Shown piece after piece: positions 1-10,717 of a stretch of 64,000 nt of DNA. Position numbers and translations under genes: made by a program. This stretch comes from an uncultured bacterium (lineage in GTDB: Bacteria > Babelota > Babeliae > Babelales > Babelaceae): contig OY970332.1 of assembly GCA_963717435.1 (NCBI GenBank), forward strand, positions 64,001 through 128,000, written 5' to 3'. The notes beneath the pieces were generated by a model. The model saw nothing but the letters and a program-made list of their open reading frames with translations, was not told the origin of the DNA and did not search any database. Numbering within the stretch: the first letter of the stretch is position 1; the number at the start of each line of letters is the position of its first letter.

Positions 1-115
<115 letters not shown>

Positions 116-125
116 TTATTTTTAA

Positions 126-1421
126 CTATTTAAAATAACGGTCAAGATATTTTGACATAAAATTATAAAATTCACGATAATTTTCGTCTGCGAAAATATT
201 TCCTGACCATTCAGAATTTTCTTTCAAAATTTTAAGAAAATCTATCTGGACCAAAAATTCGATAAAATCTTCGTCATAATCTATCCCGAGTGCACTTTTC
301 TTCCAGCTACCTAGCATATTATTAATCATAATTACAGGAATTCTAATTTGCACATATTTCACAACAGTTTCTTTAAATTTATTTTTGTCTTCTCTAAGTA
401 TTCGAGTGCCATTTAACATATAACATAAAATTGCCGCTGCATATGGACTTTTGGTTTTTGTAAATAACAACTCGAACTGATCAATCAAGTCAGAGTCAAA
501 TATAGTGTCATCTAGATTTATTAATTTAAACCTGAAAAAATTTAGAATATCTTGGTTGTTATATTCAGAAATATTTTTTTGATCCAACTTGTTTTTTAAA
601 ATATTTAATTCGTCCCAATGGATCGTTGCCTCAATAATGCCATTTTCGCAAGCATTTGATAAATACCGGTACGCAGCTTTATAATTTTTTAACTGCAAAT
701 TTATTAAGCCGCCAATTAAATATGCAGGAAAATATGGTGGTACCAAATTGTCTTTTATCCCAAGGGCGATATCCATATATTCTTGGGCCTCTTTGAAGTC
801 GCCGGCCTCCAATTTTATACGGGCCAAAATATTAGCCGCCGGTATATAATATTGCTGAAAAGATCTCTTTGCCCAAAGTTCTGCCATCTCTAAATTTCGA
901 GCAACATAAATACCTTTATATAACATATATGCAAGTAAATATTGGGCAACAAGATTATTACTGCCATCAGGCGCAGAAGATGCCATCAAAAAATTATGAA
1001 TAATTTTAATTGTTTTAATAAAAATCTCAGATTTTTGATCAGAAGTGATTATTTTAGCTGCTTTCATACAAGCATTAAGATTAGTGTTTTCACTCAATAA
1101 TTTATTAAAAAATAAATTACCAAAATCTCTTGCCAAAGTATCTGCATTATAGCCTCGCAAATATTCAAGACAATAATAAGCCAGACCGTCGAGATTATGT
1201 TGTGTTTGCCGATATAGCATTTGTGCTGCCACCCCAAACTCCCTATGCTGACACAAGCTATTTAATTTTGACAAATAATCGCGTCTTGTGTTGTCTATGA
1301 AAAAATTGCTACTATCAAGATCTTGTAAATCAGTTGCGGAAAATTCTTGGTATTGAGCTAAAATATTGTGTTCAAAAATAAACACAAATAATATAAAATA
1401 TTTTGGCTTTTTTACGTTCAT
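126..1421 (-). CDS. Secreted Sel1/TPR-repeat protein
   Basis: N-terminal hydrophobic signal; Sel1-like repeat AQYLLAYMLYKGIYVARNLEMAELWAKRS followed by TPR-like helices. Confidence 0.7.
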   Translation of the reverse strand: MNVKKPKYFILFVFIFEHNILAQYQEFSATDLQDLDSSNFFIDNTRRDYLSKLNSLCQHREFGVAAQMLYRQTQHNLDGLAYYCLEYLRGYNADTLARDFGNLFFNKLLSENTNLNACMKAAKIITSDQKSEIFIKTIKIIHNFLMASSAPDGSNNLVAQYLLAYMLYKGIYVARNLEMAELWAKRSFQQYYIPAANILARIKLEAGDFKEAQEYMDIALGIKDNLVPPYFPAYLIGGLINLQLKNYKAAYRYLSNACENGIIEATIHWDELNILKNKLDQKNISEYNNQDILNFFRFKLINLDDTIFDSDLIDQFELLFTKTKSPYAAAILCYMLNGTRILREDKNKFKETVVKYVQIRIPVIMINNMLGSWKKSALGIDYDEDFIEFLVQIDFLKILKENSEWSGNIFADENYREFYNFMSKYLDRYFK

Positions 1422-1465
1422 AGTTGTTTTTTGCTGCTCTTTTTTAACACTACAAATTAAAAAAA

Positions 1466-2332
1466 CTATTTTAGTTTAGCTTTTATATTATCTTTTATAT
1501 TATCGACGTCTAGTAAATTATAATCGCAAATATCTTCTATAAAAGCTGTTAGAGCAGCCTGCTTTATTTGCAAATTATCAAATCCGCGGGATTTTAAATA
1601 AAATTTTTGTTGCTCATTAATATTATAAACTGCAAACGCGTGCTTGCATTTTACGTCATTGTTTTTTATTTCAAGCGCAGGCACTGACAAGTTTTTCGCA
1701 TTATCGCCCAATATTAAAACCGTATCATGTTGAGAAGCATCAGAATTTTTAGCTTGATTATCGATTAAGATATTCCCCCAATATTTCCCCGAGCTCAAGC
1801 TACTTAAAATTCTCTTGGTTACTATAGAACTTTTGGTATTTTGTCCAATATGATTCTGAGAAGTTTTTATCGAGCAAGAACTGTTAATATCAGAATAAGA
1901 TAAAATTTTTAGGGCAAATTCAGAATTATTTTGCAATAAATTACAGTTAAATTCGATATTAATATTATTGGCGGAAGAAAAAACAAATGCATGTAATTTT
2001 GCCCCGAAATATAACTGCGCGTTAATAATAATATTAATATTATTGCTGTTAATATTATCTAGATTATCTAGATCTAGTTTAAATAGCAGCTCAGAGTTAT
2101 CTTGCAAATTTATGTCTATAGTAAAATCATAAGTTAAATTCTCGCCATTTTTACAAGAAACGTCTTTACCGGACCGCTCGTCCCGAGTGTTTTTCGATGG
2201 CAAAGCCGAGAAAAAAGTATCGAGGGATGGCGGCAACCCAAAAACATCTTGCGCAGTTAAGTTTATATTTTTTTTTGAAAAACTATCACAACTTATCCCA
2301 ATTTTATTATTAAGTTCTAGTTTATTATCCAA
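1466..2332 (-). CDS. sufD: Fe-S cluster assembly protein SufD (divergent; carries an in-frame hairpin element)
   Basis: C-terminal [15 protein letters not shown] and FYLKSRG motifs; follows sufB; TTG start at 2332 assumed (ORF extends to 2359). Confidence 0.85.
   Translation of the reverse strand: MDNKLELNNKIGISCDSFSKKNINLTAQDVFGLPPSLDTFFSALPSKNTRDERSGKDVSCKNGENLTYDFTIDINLQDNSELLFKLDLDNLDNINSNNINIIINAQLYFGAKLHAFVFSSANNINIEFNCNLLQNNSEFALKILSYSDINSSCSIKTSQNHIGQNTKSSIVTKRILSSLSSGKYWGNILIDNQAKNSDASQHDTVLILGDNAKNLSVPALEIKNNDVKCKHAFAVYNINEQQKFYLKSRGFDNLQIKQAALTAFIEDICDYNLLDVDNIKDNIKAKLK
2174..2228 (-). repeat. Family A palindromic element, copy 1 (in-frame in sufD)
   Basis: Minus strand ATCCCTCGATACTTTTTTCTCGGCTTTGCCATCGAAAAACACTCGGGACGAGCGG; 49/55 identical to the copy at 10663. 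Confidence 0.95.
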
Positions 2333-3710
2333 CAGAGCCCTCCATTTCAAGTAGCACAAGTCTATTAAGCTCGACTGCGTACTCCATTGGCAAGCTTTTT
2401 ATAAATGGCTCAAGAAACCCGTTAACAACCATGCTGGCTGCCTGGGTTTTGGATAACCCCCTTGATGTTAAATAAAAAATCTGGTCGTCGTTAAGTTTGC
2501 TGACGCTTGCTTCATGGGCAACATTTGCGTCATCTTCTGAAAGAACAATTTTAGGGTAAGTATCAGAACGAGAGATCCCGTCAAGTAAGAGTGCATCGCA
2601 CTGCACACGGGATTTTATATTTTTTGCATTCTTTACAGCTTTCAAAAGACCCCTATAGCTTGCCCGTCCCCCATTTTTGCTTATAGACTTTGAAACAATT
2701 ACAGAACTTGTATTGCTAGCAAGATGTATAATTTTGCCACCAGAATCTTGATGCTGATTTTTGCCCGCAACAGCGACCGACATGATCTCGCCATAAGCAC
2801 CCTCTTCTTTTAAAACAACGCATGGGTATTTCATCGTTACTTTGCTGCCAAAATTTCCGTCGATCCATATAACTTGCGAATTTTTATAAGCAATAGCGCG
2901 CTTTGTGACAAGATTGTAAATATTATTGGACCAGTTCTGAATCGTAGAATATCTTACGTTTGAATTTTCAAGACCTATAATTTCAACAACGGCACTGTGC
3001 AACGAATTGGATTGATATTTTGGCGCGCTGCAGCCCTCAACATAATGCACGGCCGAACCCGGTTCAGCTATAATTAAAGTTCTTTCAAACTGCCCCATCT
3101 GTTTGGCATCAATTCTAAAATAAGCTTGCAGGGGCTGGTCAATCTTTACAGAACTTGGAACATAAACAAAACTGCCTCCGCTCCAAACTGCAGAGTTAAG
3201 TGCAGCAAATTTATTGTCATGCGCAGGTATAACAGTCGAAAAATATTTTTTAAAAATTTCAGGATAGTTTTTGAGCGCGCTGCTCATATCAGAAAAGATT
3301 ACGCCCTTATCCTGCCACTCTTTTTTTAAACTTTTATAAACGAACTCAGATTCAAACTGGGCGCCCACACCTGCAAGAAACTGCCGTTCTGCCTTTGGGA
3401 TTCCCAATCTTTCAAAAGTGTCTTTTATTTTTTCAGGGACATCTTCCCAACTTTTTTTTTGATTTTCTATTGGCTTTACATAATAAAAAATATCTTGTGG
3501 ATCCAAATCAGAAAGATCGGCGCCCCATGTAGGCATCGGCATATTCTCAAACAGCTCTAAAGATTTTAGCCTGAAGTCTGTCATCCAACCAGGTTCGTTT
3601 TTCTCTTCAGAAATTTGTGTAACTATTTCTCTGTTTAAGCCAATTTTTGTTTTAAATAACGGCTTAAACAAATTTTTAGACCTGCTAATAACCAACGCAT
3701 AACCCCGCAT
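2325..3710 (-). CDS. sufB: Fe-S cluster assembly protein SufB
   Basis: [35 protein letters not shown]-terminal LEMEGSVG; start uncertain. Confidence 0.97.
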   Translation of the reverse strand: MRGYALVISRSKNLFKPLFKTKIGLNREIVTQISEEKNEPGWMTDFRLKSLELFENMPMPTWGADLSDLDPQDIFYYVKPIENQKKSWEDVPEKIKDTFERLGIPKAERQFLAGVGAQFESEFVYKSLKKEWQDKGVIFSDMSSALKNYPEIFKKYFSTVIPAHDNKFAALNSAVWSGGSFVYVPSSVKIDQPLQAYFRIDAKQMGQFERTLIIAEPGSAVHYVEGCSAPKYQSNSLHSAVVEIIGLENSNVRYSTIQNWSNNIYNLVTKRAIAYKNSQVIWIDGNFGSKVTMKYPCVVLKEEGAYGEIMSVAVAGKNQHQDSGGKIIHLASNTSSVIVSKSISKNGGRASYRGLLKAVKNAKNIKSRVQCDALLLDGISRSDTYPKIVLSEDDANVAHEASVSKLNDDQIFYLTSRGLSKTQAASMVVNGFLEPFIKSLPMEYAVELNRLVLLEMEGSVG

Positions 3711-4464
3711 AACCCAAATTGTCTATTCTTGTTGCAAGATCTATCGATCCAGTTTTTATAATTTTTCCAGATAGCATAACATGCATAGTTATATTATTTA
3801 TATTATCTGCTGTATCTACTGATAAATATTTAAGTATTTTTGTATTATGAGTTATTAAAATAATAGACATATCTGGATTATCTTTTTTTGCCTGCAAAAT
3901 AGCTTCCGCTACAGTTTTAATTGCATCGACGTCTAGCCCGGAATCTATCTCGTCGAGTATAGCAAGTTTTGGCTTCAAGATAAGCATCTGTAATAACTCA
4001 AGCTTTTTCTTTTGTCCGCCAGAAAATCCGTCGTTAAGATATCTATACGCAAAGCCATGATCAAGACCAATTTGATCCATAAATTTATATAAAATATTCT
4101 GAAATTCTTGCACAGAAATATTTCCAAATCTGTTTTGATAAAGATCTTTTAAGAAATTAAATATCTGAACGCCTGGAATTTCGACAGGAGTTTGGAACCC
4201 CAAAAATATCCCCAACCGTGCCCGTTTTTCTGTTGGCATATCTAATATATTTGTTTTATCAAATATAATATCACCAGAACTTATTTTGTATTTTTCATGG
4301 CCCAAAATACTATAAGCAAGAGTACTCTTGCCGCAGCCGTTGGGCCCCATAATTACGTGCAATTCTGACTTATTAATATTAATATTAAAGCCTGAAATTA
4401 TAATTTTGTCGCCAGTATCTGAGATGTCTGAGATTTTAACTGACAGGTCGGTTATTTGAAGCAT
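3685..4464 (-). CDS. sufC: Fe-S cluster assembly ATPase SufC
   Basis: Walker [27 protein letters not shown]. Confidence 0.96.
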   Translation of the reverse strand: MLQITDLSVKISDISDTGDKIIISGFNININKSELHVIMGPNGCGKSTLAYSILGHEKYKISSGDIIFDKTNILDMPTEKRARLGIFLGFQTPVEIPGVQIFNFLKDLYQNRFGNISVQEFQNILYKFMDQIGLDHGFAYRYLNDGFSGGQKKKLELLQMLILKPKLAILDEIDSGLDVDAIKTVAEAILQAKKDNPDMSIILITHNTKILKYLSVDTADNINNITMHVMLSGKIIKTGSIDLATRIDNLGYAGLCVGY

Positions 4465-5650
4465 CTGTGTTTAAAGTAACTTTCTTTGTTGGCACATAAA
4501 ATCTGTGCTCGTAATTTTTTAAATTGTTTGCATTAAATCCACCATTTTTCAACAATGCAGTAGCGTTTAAGCCCGCTATTGTTCCTGTTGCTGTTGCGAT
4601 AACGGCTTGTCTAAATATTGCATCAGAAACATCGCCTGCTGCAAATACTCTCGGCTTTGATGTCTCTTGATGTCTGTCTGCTATTATGTAGCCATTTTGG
4701 TTTAGCGCCAAATAATCATCAAACAAACTAGAATTTGGATTGGTTCCAATTGCCAGAAATATTCCAGAAACTTGCTTGGTGATTATTTCGTCAGGGTTTT
4801 CACTATCAAGATCTTTATATTTTAGCCCGGTTACAACGTTGTCATCCCCAACTATCTCAACCGGAATTTTATTATATACAACACTGATATTTGGGTAATC
4901 AGATAGTCTATCTTGCATTTTAGGCGCCGCGCGCATTCTATCTTTTCTCACGAATATTGTAACGCTACTTGCGTAATTTGAAAGCAGTATCGCTTCTTCA
5001 ATTGCGGCATCGCCACCGCCGACAATAGCTACATTTAAGTTTCTAAATAAAGTACAATCACAAAGTGCGCAAACTGCGACACCCCTGCCCCAATATTCAT
5101 CTTCGCCCGGGATCCCCAATCTTCTTGCAGAAGAGCCTGTTGCAATAATCACAACAAGTGCGTATAACGTTTTGCCGCTAGCAGTAATTAATTTATATGG
5201 CTTACTAGAATCAGAAAAATCAACTTCAATTATGCTATCTTCAACTATAGTGGCACCAAACTTTATCGCCTGTTCTGTCATAGTGTCAATAATATCTGCG
5301 CCCCATTGTCTTTTTACACCCGGAATATTTTCCACAAAGCTTGTATCCATTAGCTGACCGCCCGGCTTATCTCCTGTAAATACTATGGGCTTAAGATTTG
5401 AGCGCCCACAATACACAGCCGCTGCAAGTCCTCCTGGCCCGCTACCAAGTATCGCAACATCAACAAGATTTTGATAATTTGCTAGTTCGCCGATTTTGAA
5501 ACCAGGTATCTTTGAGTAATTTGTAACTTCATGCAGTTGCACAAAATTTTGGGACTCCGGACATTCTTTTTTTACAGATTCTGCTCTATCTATAAAACCA
5601 AAAACAAATAAAGTTGCTAAGTTAAATCTGTTAAAAACCAAATTTTTCAT
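4436..5650 (-). CDS. trxB: Thioredoxin reductase with N-terminal signal-like extension
   Basis: GSGPGG, GGQL, IIATGS, CALCD redox motif, VGGGDAAIEEA, AAGDV. Confidence 0.92.
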   Translation of the reverse strand: MKNLVFNRFNLATLFVFGFIDRAESVKKECPESQNFVQLHEVTNYSKIPGFKIGELANYQNLVDVAILGSGPGGLAAAVYCGRSNLKPIVFTGDKPGGQLMDTSFVENIPGVKRQWGADIIDTMTEQAIKFGATIVEDSIIEVDFSDSSKPYKLITASGKTLYALVVIIATGSSARRLGIPGEDEYWGRGVAVCALCDCTLFRNLNVAIVGGGDAAIEEAILLSNYASSVTIFVRKDRMRAAPKMQDRLSDYPNISVVYNKIPVEIVGDDNVVTGLKYKDLDSENPDEIITKQVSGIFLAIGTNPNSSLFDDYLALNQNGYIIADRHQETSKPRVFAAGDVSDAIFRQAVIATATGTIAGLNATALLKNGGFNANNLKNYEHRFYVPTKKVTLNTDASNNRPVS

Positions 5651-5754
5651 AAATACCCTCTTAAATCTTTAATAAATAAAATATTTAATTTATATAAAAA
5701 CTTTAGCAGTTATTCTGATCAAATGACAATAATTTAAGCAAAGCCAAAATTTAA

Positions 5755-6210
5755 TTACTCATTAATGACAAATTTTTCGTGATGCTTTCTGCTTTTGACA
5801 TACATTTTTTTTGTTTCTTGCCAGCTCAATGGAAATTTCTTGAAATACAACCTTCTATTAAGATCCAATTTAAGCTCAGCCATTTTGCCCATAATATATT
5901 CAGTAGTTAAATCACAAAGAGCCTGCTTTCTCGGTTTTTGTTCTTCAACACAGCTACTTTTTAGATTAGATTTTATTTTTTTCTGTTCCGGTAGTTTACT
6001 CGCTGCTGCACAGTTCAATGCAGCAATAACTGCCGATTCTTGTTGCTCGAACATTTCAAGCAAACCCGTAGGGTTATTACTTCTTGGCGGCAGGACCATG
6101 AAGGAAATCACGCTAGACTCTTCTTCTTCCATAGAAAAGCATGAATTTATAGTTAAAAAACAAATTATTAATAAGTTTGATTCAAGATTAAATTTGAAAA
6201 ATCTAGACAT
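5755..6210 (-). CDS. Hypothetical secreted protein
   Basis: 151-aa ORF with signal-like N-terminus ending CFS-MEE. Confidence 0.6.
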   Translation of the reverse strand: MSRFFKFNLESNLLIICFLTINSCFSMEEEESSVISFMVLPPRSNNPTGLLEMFEQQESAVIAALNCAAASKLPEQKKIKSNLKSSCVEEQKPRKQALCDLTTEYIMGKMAELKLDLNRRLYFKKFPLSWQETKKMYVKSRKHHEKFVINE

Positions 6211-6382
6211 TAAAATACCCTAAAATTAAACAGCCCCGCAAAAGAACTTTATATTACTAAGTGCTAATAATTTTACCATGCGAAGCAAAATAGGGCAAAC
6301 TGGCAATTGTAAAAAAGCCCAAGTTTGGTAATAAATCCTAAACTCGAGGCTAATTTACATTCTTGTCGTATATGTCTAGATA

Positions 6383-7360
6383 TTAACTATTATACAGGTC
6401 ATAATCATCAGTCACAACTGAAATTCTTCGTCTTTTGGAAAAATTCTCAGGCAGTTCCTCAGCATTTCTCTTTTTGCCCACTGAGTTAAAAATTACATCC
6501 AAAAAGTCAAAGTCATAACCGGGACGAGTTTGACGCAACTTATTTTTAATAATGACCCCTAAATTTTCTGCTTCAGGATGTCCGTGCCGCTTGAAAATAT
6601 CAACTAATAACTTGACCAGACCAAAACAATTTTCGGGTAACGGGTTGGGCCACTCCAAAGTTCCACTTACAAAAAGTATAAATAATATATTTTTTATGTC
6701 TTGCGACCAAATAGAATTTACGATGACATAATCCTGATGATATCCGCCATTAATAATACTGCTATGCGTTAGTTGCCACTTCATAAATTTTAGGGCCAAA
6801 TCAAGATCGGCTTTGATTTGCACATCTCTGTCTTGACTTGAAAAAAGCGAATCCTGCAAACGATTTGTAGCTATAGTTCCAAAGCGCCTGTTGCTTATGG
6901 CGGCCAAAAACATTCCCATATAGCTACGTGCTTCGGCGGTTTTGTGGTTCGCATAGAATATATCTATTCTACAAACTGAATCTAAAAAGTTTTGCCAGTT
7001 GCCAAACAAAGTGGCATGCAATAAATCCTTGAGCGCCGGGTCAACTTTCGGTTGTCCCAAGTCTTCTTTTGAGTAACCACGGCATGCAGCTGCCGACAAA
7101 ATAGAAAATTCCTGGCTTAATTCACGTTGGGTCGAGTTGGAGAATTGGTCACTGTCCGATAGAGTTCCCTCTAACCTATAGCCTCTTGTGTTATCAAGAT
7201 TATTTCTGTCAACGCGGGCGCGAAAATCAGTTGGAACTCGGGCTAGCCAATAACTTAGCGCCTGATCATGTTCGCCGTCTATCATCGCAAAAACAGTACT
7301 CGTAAATATCGATATAAAAAAAGTTAATAATAATTTTGTAGAAATAAATTTTGTGTTCAT
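6383..7360 (-). CDS. Secreted hypothetical protein, paralog of 7378-8268, with C-terminal bipartite NLS-like motif
   Basis: Start set at MNTKF by comparison with the paralog; shared blocks DFR.RVD..NLDNTRGY and QIKADLDLA.KFMKWQLTH. Confidence 0.8.
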   Translation of the reverse strand: MNTKFISTKLLLTFFISIFTSTVFAMIDGEHDQALSYWLARVPTDFRARVDRNNLDNTRGYRLEGTLSDSDQFSNSTQRELSQEFSILSAAACRGYSKEDLGQPKVDPALKDLLHATLFGNWQNFLDSVCRIDIFYANHKTAEARSYMGMFLAAISNRRFGTIATNRLQDSLFSSQDRDVQIKADLDLALKFMKWQLTHSSIINGGYHQDYVIVNSIWSQDIKNILFILFVSGTLEWPNPLPENCFGLVKLLVDIFKRHGHPEAENLGVIIKNKLRQTRPGYDFDFLDVIFNSVGKKRNAEELPENFSKRRRISVVTDDYDLYNS

Positions 7361-7377
7361 GAATAAATCTTTTTTGT

Positions 7378-8268
7378 TTAAAATGTTACAGTTTTTCGCC
7401 ATTTTTTTATCTTTTTATCCAGTAAGTCGAAGTTATGCTTTGGATGAATTTGGACCAACTTATTTTTAATAATGGCCCACAAGTTTTCTGTTTCAGAATA
7501 ATTGTAACTCTTGAAAATATTGGCCAATGCCTTGACGAGATCTAAGTAATTCTCAGGCAAATTGTGATTCACAAAAAGTATAAACAATATATTTTTTATA
7601 TCTTGCGACACGATAGAATTTACAATCACGTAATCCTGATGGCATCCGCCATTAATAATATTTCTATGCGTTAGTTGCCACTTCATAAATTTAACTGCCA
7701 GATCAAGATCAGCTTTGATTTGCGTTTCTCTGTCTTGCACCCCAAAAATCGGCTCAGGTAAAGAATTTATGGTTATAGTTCTAAAACGATTATTGCTTAC
7801 TGCGCTCAACAACATTCTTACGCAACTATGTTCTATTGGAGTTTGGTGAAGCGCAAATAACTTGTCCATATCAGAACAGGCCGAATCGAAATCTTCTTTA
7901 TTCAAATTAAATAAAATAGAATCTAATATATTTTTAATTTTTCCAGCTTCCAGCTGGTGAAAAAATTTTAAATAATTCTTGTTACAGCCTACATATGCTG
8001 CCAAAATGGTAAAAGCTCGCGTGAGCTCAAGTTGCATCGGTGTATATTCATCTGTGCCCTCATCTGAAAGTAATCCTATTAGCTTATACCCCCTAGTATT
8101 ATCAAGATTATCTAGGTCAACGCGCGAACGAAAATCCGCATCAACATGCTTCTCGTCTTGAGCAGAATTTGTGATTTTTGCGGGCAATGCCATAGCAAAA
8201 ATAGAACTACTAAATATTGACAGAAAACAAGAAAATAATAATTGTGTAGAAAGAAATTTTGTATTCAT
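7378..8268 (-). CDS. Secreted hypothetical protein, paralog of 6383-7360
   Basis: Signal peptide MNTKFLSTQLLFSCFLSIFSSSIFAM; extensive similarity to neighbour. Confidence 0.8.
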   Translation of the reverse strand: MNTKFLSTQLLFSCFLSIFSSSIFAMALPAKITNSAQDEKHVDADFRSRVDLDNLDNTRGYKLIGLLSDEGTDEYTPMQLELTRAFTILAAYVGCNKNYLKFFHQLEAGKIKNILDSILFNLNKEDFDSACSDMDKLFALHQTPIEHSCVRMLLSAVSNNRFRTITINSLPEPIFGVQDRETQIKADLDLAVKFMKWQLTHRNIINGGCHQDYVIVNSIVSQDIKNILFILFVNHNLPENYLDLVKALANIFKSYNYSETENLWAIIKNKLVQIHPKHNFDLLDKKIKKWRKTVTF

Positions 8269-8302
8269 AGATTAGCCTTTGTGCCGCCCCCTGCAAGAAA
8301 GA

Positions 8303-8337
8303 GCCCGAGTCAAAGATTTTTATCTCACGACTCGGGC
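8303..8337 (-). terminator. Hairpin after the 557-aa gene, possible terminator
   Basis: GCCCGAGTC...GACTCGGGC inverted repeat. Confidence 0.5.
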
Positions 8338-8365
8338 GTTATTTTATTTAACTAAATCAATCTAA

Positions 8366-10039
8366 CTATGCAACTTCTTGCATGTCTGAAATAGTTGCTT
8401 CACAATCTGCCAACTGTTCCATTGTTAGCATATCGCGATACTCATCCATGATTGTTCTCAAAGCATTTACATCGCGACAAGATATAGCTGCAGCAATTTT
8501 TGTCTGTAGCATAACAAGATCTTGGCTCATTTCACACGGATTACCCGCTGAATCGCAGTTATTGTCTTCGAAAGAAACCAACAGACGAACTGCCGGAGCT
8601 TCTTGCTTCTTTGCACGATACTTTTGAGCCAACTTATAAATTGCATATACAGCGCCAAAACCAATAAGGGCTTTATATGTATTTGTATAATCTCTATTTA
8701 ATGCTGTACCAGTAAAGAATTTCCTAAATTTACCGGCAAGTTTAACTGCTTTAAAGGCCTTATCTTCGGATTTGATGGAAGAAGATGTTGCATGTTTTTT
8801 TGCTGCTCCAAATAACTTGCCTTTCAACAACATTGTTGCACTATTGTATAATCCGGCAATGCTCTGTCTACGACTAACACCATAAACAACCGCCGCCGTT
8901 CCAGCAACCCCTACAGCTACTTCTTTTTTGCTCAAGTTCCCATTTTTCAAATCAACTGCTTTATCTTTCAAATAAATAGCACTTGTGACCACCGCGTTTT
9001 TTGTACCAACAGCAACTTTGCGAAGACCGTTATAAGTACCACTCGCAAGTTTACTTAGTCCATCGCTTGCAGCATAAACGGCTGCAGCAGCCCCAAAACT
9101 TGCGCCAATTTTTAACCCGTTATTATTATTTTCAAGAGCCTTCTTTATTTTTGTTGCATGCCCTTCTTTTGTAGATTTATGGTCTACAGTTTTTTTGCCA
9201 TCTCCCTTATGATTAAACAGGTTAGAGATTCGTCCCTTTGAAGGCTCTAGCTTTTCATGAATTATATTTTCGAAGTCGACGTTTTCACAGTCTTTTTTAG
9301 CTCTCAACCTTTTAGCTAACTCCGAAATTGCAGCCTCTCTTTTGCTTAGATTTTCGTCTGTATATTCAGTATCAAATACTGCCACTGAAAGCTTAAGTAT
9401 TTCTGGATTTTGAATTTTGGTTAAATGACCTATGCCTGACTCGACTTTGTCACCGTTAAGGTAAGAAATTATCGCATCAAGATCATTTTCAGCTTGCTGT
9501 TCCGGCGAGATAAACATATCGTTTGTAGAACCTGATCCGGGTTTATCTTCGCTCTTTGTACCAGAACCCGATTCTTCCTCTTCTTCTGTGTCAGACTCCT
9601 CTTGTGTTCCCGGCTTTGGTTTGGAATCTGGCACTTGGTTTTCGCCTTCGAGCCTAGAACCTTGATCTGTTACATCTCTTCCCAGTTTTTTAAAATCTTC
9701 TTCAATCATAGACTTAATATCTTCTGGACGACCTTGCTCTTTAAAAATTGCAGCCAATTTTTCAATCGCATTTTGTATTTGGGATTTATCACTGTCTTTT
9801 CCATATATCACATCTAAAAGATTAGATAATTCACGAACAACTTTAATATCTTCGCTATTTTCTGCATCTGCCCGTATATACCTAACTACAACATCAAGTT
9901 GTTCTTGTGAATATTTTCCCTGCGCGGAATTAGTAGCAGCGATTCCTGCCCCTTCTTTGCCTTCCATGGCAAAAATAGAACTGTTAAATGTTGACGTCAG
10001 ACAGAGTAATAGTGATAAAGACAAAAACTTTTTATACAT
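8366..10039 (-). CDS. Secreted/membrane hypothetical protein with internal helical repeat, acidic linker and three hydrophobic segments
   Basis: 557-aa ORF; signal ending IFA-MEG; EESDTEEEEES linker; Ala/Gly-rich hydrophobic segments. Confidence 0.8.
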   Translation of the reverse strand: MYKKFLSLSLLLCLTSTFNSSIFAMEGKEGAGIAATNSAQGKYSQEQLDVVVRYIRADAENSEDIKVVRELSNLLDVIYGKDSDKSQIQNAIEKLAAIFKEQGRPEDIKSMIEEDFKKLGRDVTDQGSRLEGENQVPDSKPKPGTQEESDTEEEEESGSGTKSEDKPGSGSTNDMFISPEQQAENDLDAIISYLNGDKVESGIGHLTKIQNPEILKLSVAVFDTEYTDENLSKREAAISELAKRLRAKKDCENVDFENIIHEKLEPSKGRISNLFNHKGDGKKTVDHKSTKEGHATKIKKALENNNNGLKIGASFGAAAAVYAASDGLSKLASGTYNGLRKVAVGTKNAVVTSAIYLKDKAVDLKNGNLSKKEVAVGVAGTAAVVYGVSRRQSIAGLYNSATMLLKGKLFGAAKKHATSSSIKSEDKAFKAVKLAGKFRKFFTGTALNRDYTNTYKALIGFGAVYAIYKLAQKYRAKKQEAPAVRLLVSFEDNNCDSAGNPCEMSQDLVMLQTKIAAAISCRDVNALRTIMDEYRDMLTMEQLADCEATISDMQEVA

Positions 10040-10348
10040 AAAACACCTTATTTTGATTTTTGTACGGCTTTCTAAATAGCACTGTGCTATTTATATTTGC
10101 TTATTACTACTTTGAAAATTTTGGAGCCACGAACATAGCTAGAAAAAGATCTCTCCGTTTTATTACCTGAAAATTTATGTTCCTGTAAATTTGCAAGTCC
10201 AGTAAAGATTACTAAAGTGGTGTTTGTTGTCAATAGATAGATTTATTCGGGAAGGGATTAACTTAGAAGTGCTTGTAAAAAGAAAAAGATTATCAGCACT
10301 AAATATAAATTTAAAAAAAAATTAATTTTTAAATTTAATTTTAAAATT

Positions 10349-10582
10349 TTAATCTTGGGCGACAACTTCTTTAATTTCGGGAAAAATTTGTTGCAGGCGA
10401 TTTTCTATGCCCAACTTAAGAGTATAAAACGACATGGCACAGCCTACACATGCGCCGTGCATTTTTATCGTGACGACGCCATCTTTGAAATCGATAAACT
10501 CTACGTCGCCTCCGTCAGACTGAACAGCAGGGCGAATTTCTTGTTCGAATATGTCTTTGATGGCTTGAATTTTATCTTGCAT
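10349..10582 (-). CDS. NifU/NfuA C-terminal domain Fe-S carrier
   Basis: IRPAVQSDGGDVE, GACVGC, TLKLGIE. Confidence 0.92.
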   Translation of the reverse strand: MQDKIQAIKDIFEQEIRPAVQSDGGDVEFIDFKDGVVTIKMHGACVGCAMSFYTLKLGIENRLQQIFPEIKEVVAQD

Positions 10583-10662
10583 GATTTTTTCTCAGTAAAA
10601 TTTAAAAAAATTTAAATTTATTAAAGTTCTTTTGAAACTAAATAAAGTTAATTGTTGGCCGG

Positions 10663-10717
10663 ATCCCTCGATACATTTTTCTTAGCTTCGCTTTCGAAAA
10701 ACACTCGGGACGAGCGG
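10663..10717 (+). repeat. Family A palindromic element, copy 2 (intergenic)
   Basis: ATCCCTCGATACATTTTTCTTAGCTTCGCTTTCGAAAAACACTCGGGACGAGCGG, closed by outer stem TTGGCCG/CGGCCAA. Confidence 0.95.

Noticed and set aside
5795-6223. 142-aa plus-strand ORF
   Set aside because: Antisense to the signal-peptide ORF 5755-6210, which fits the local strand and leader pattern.
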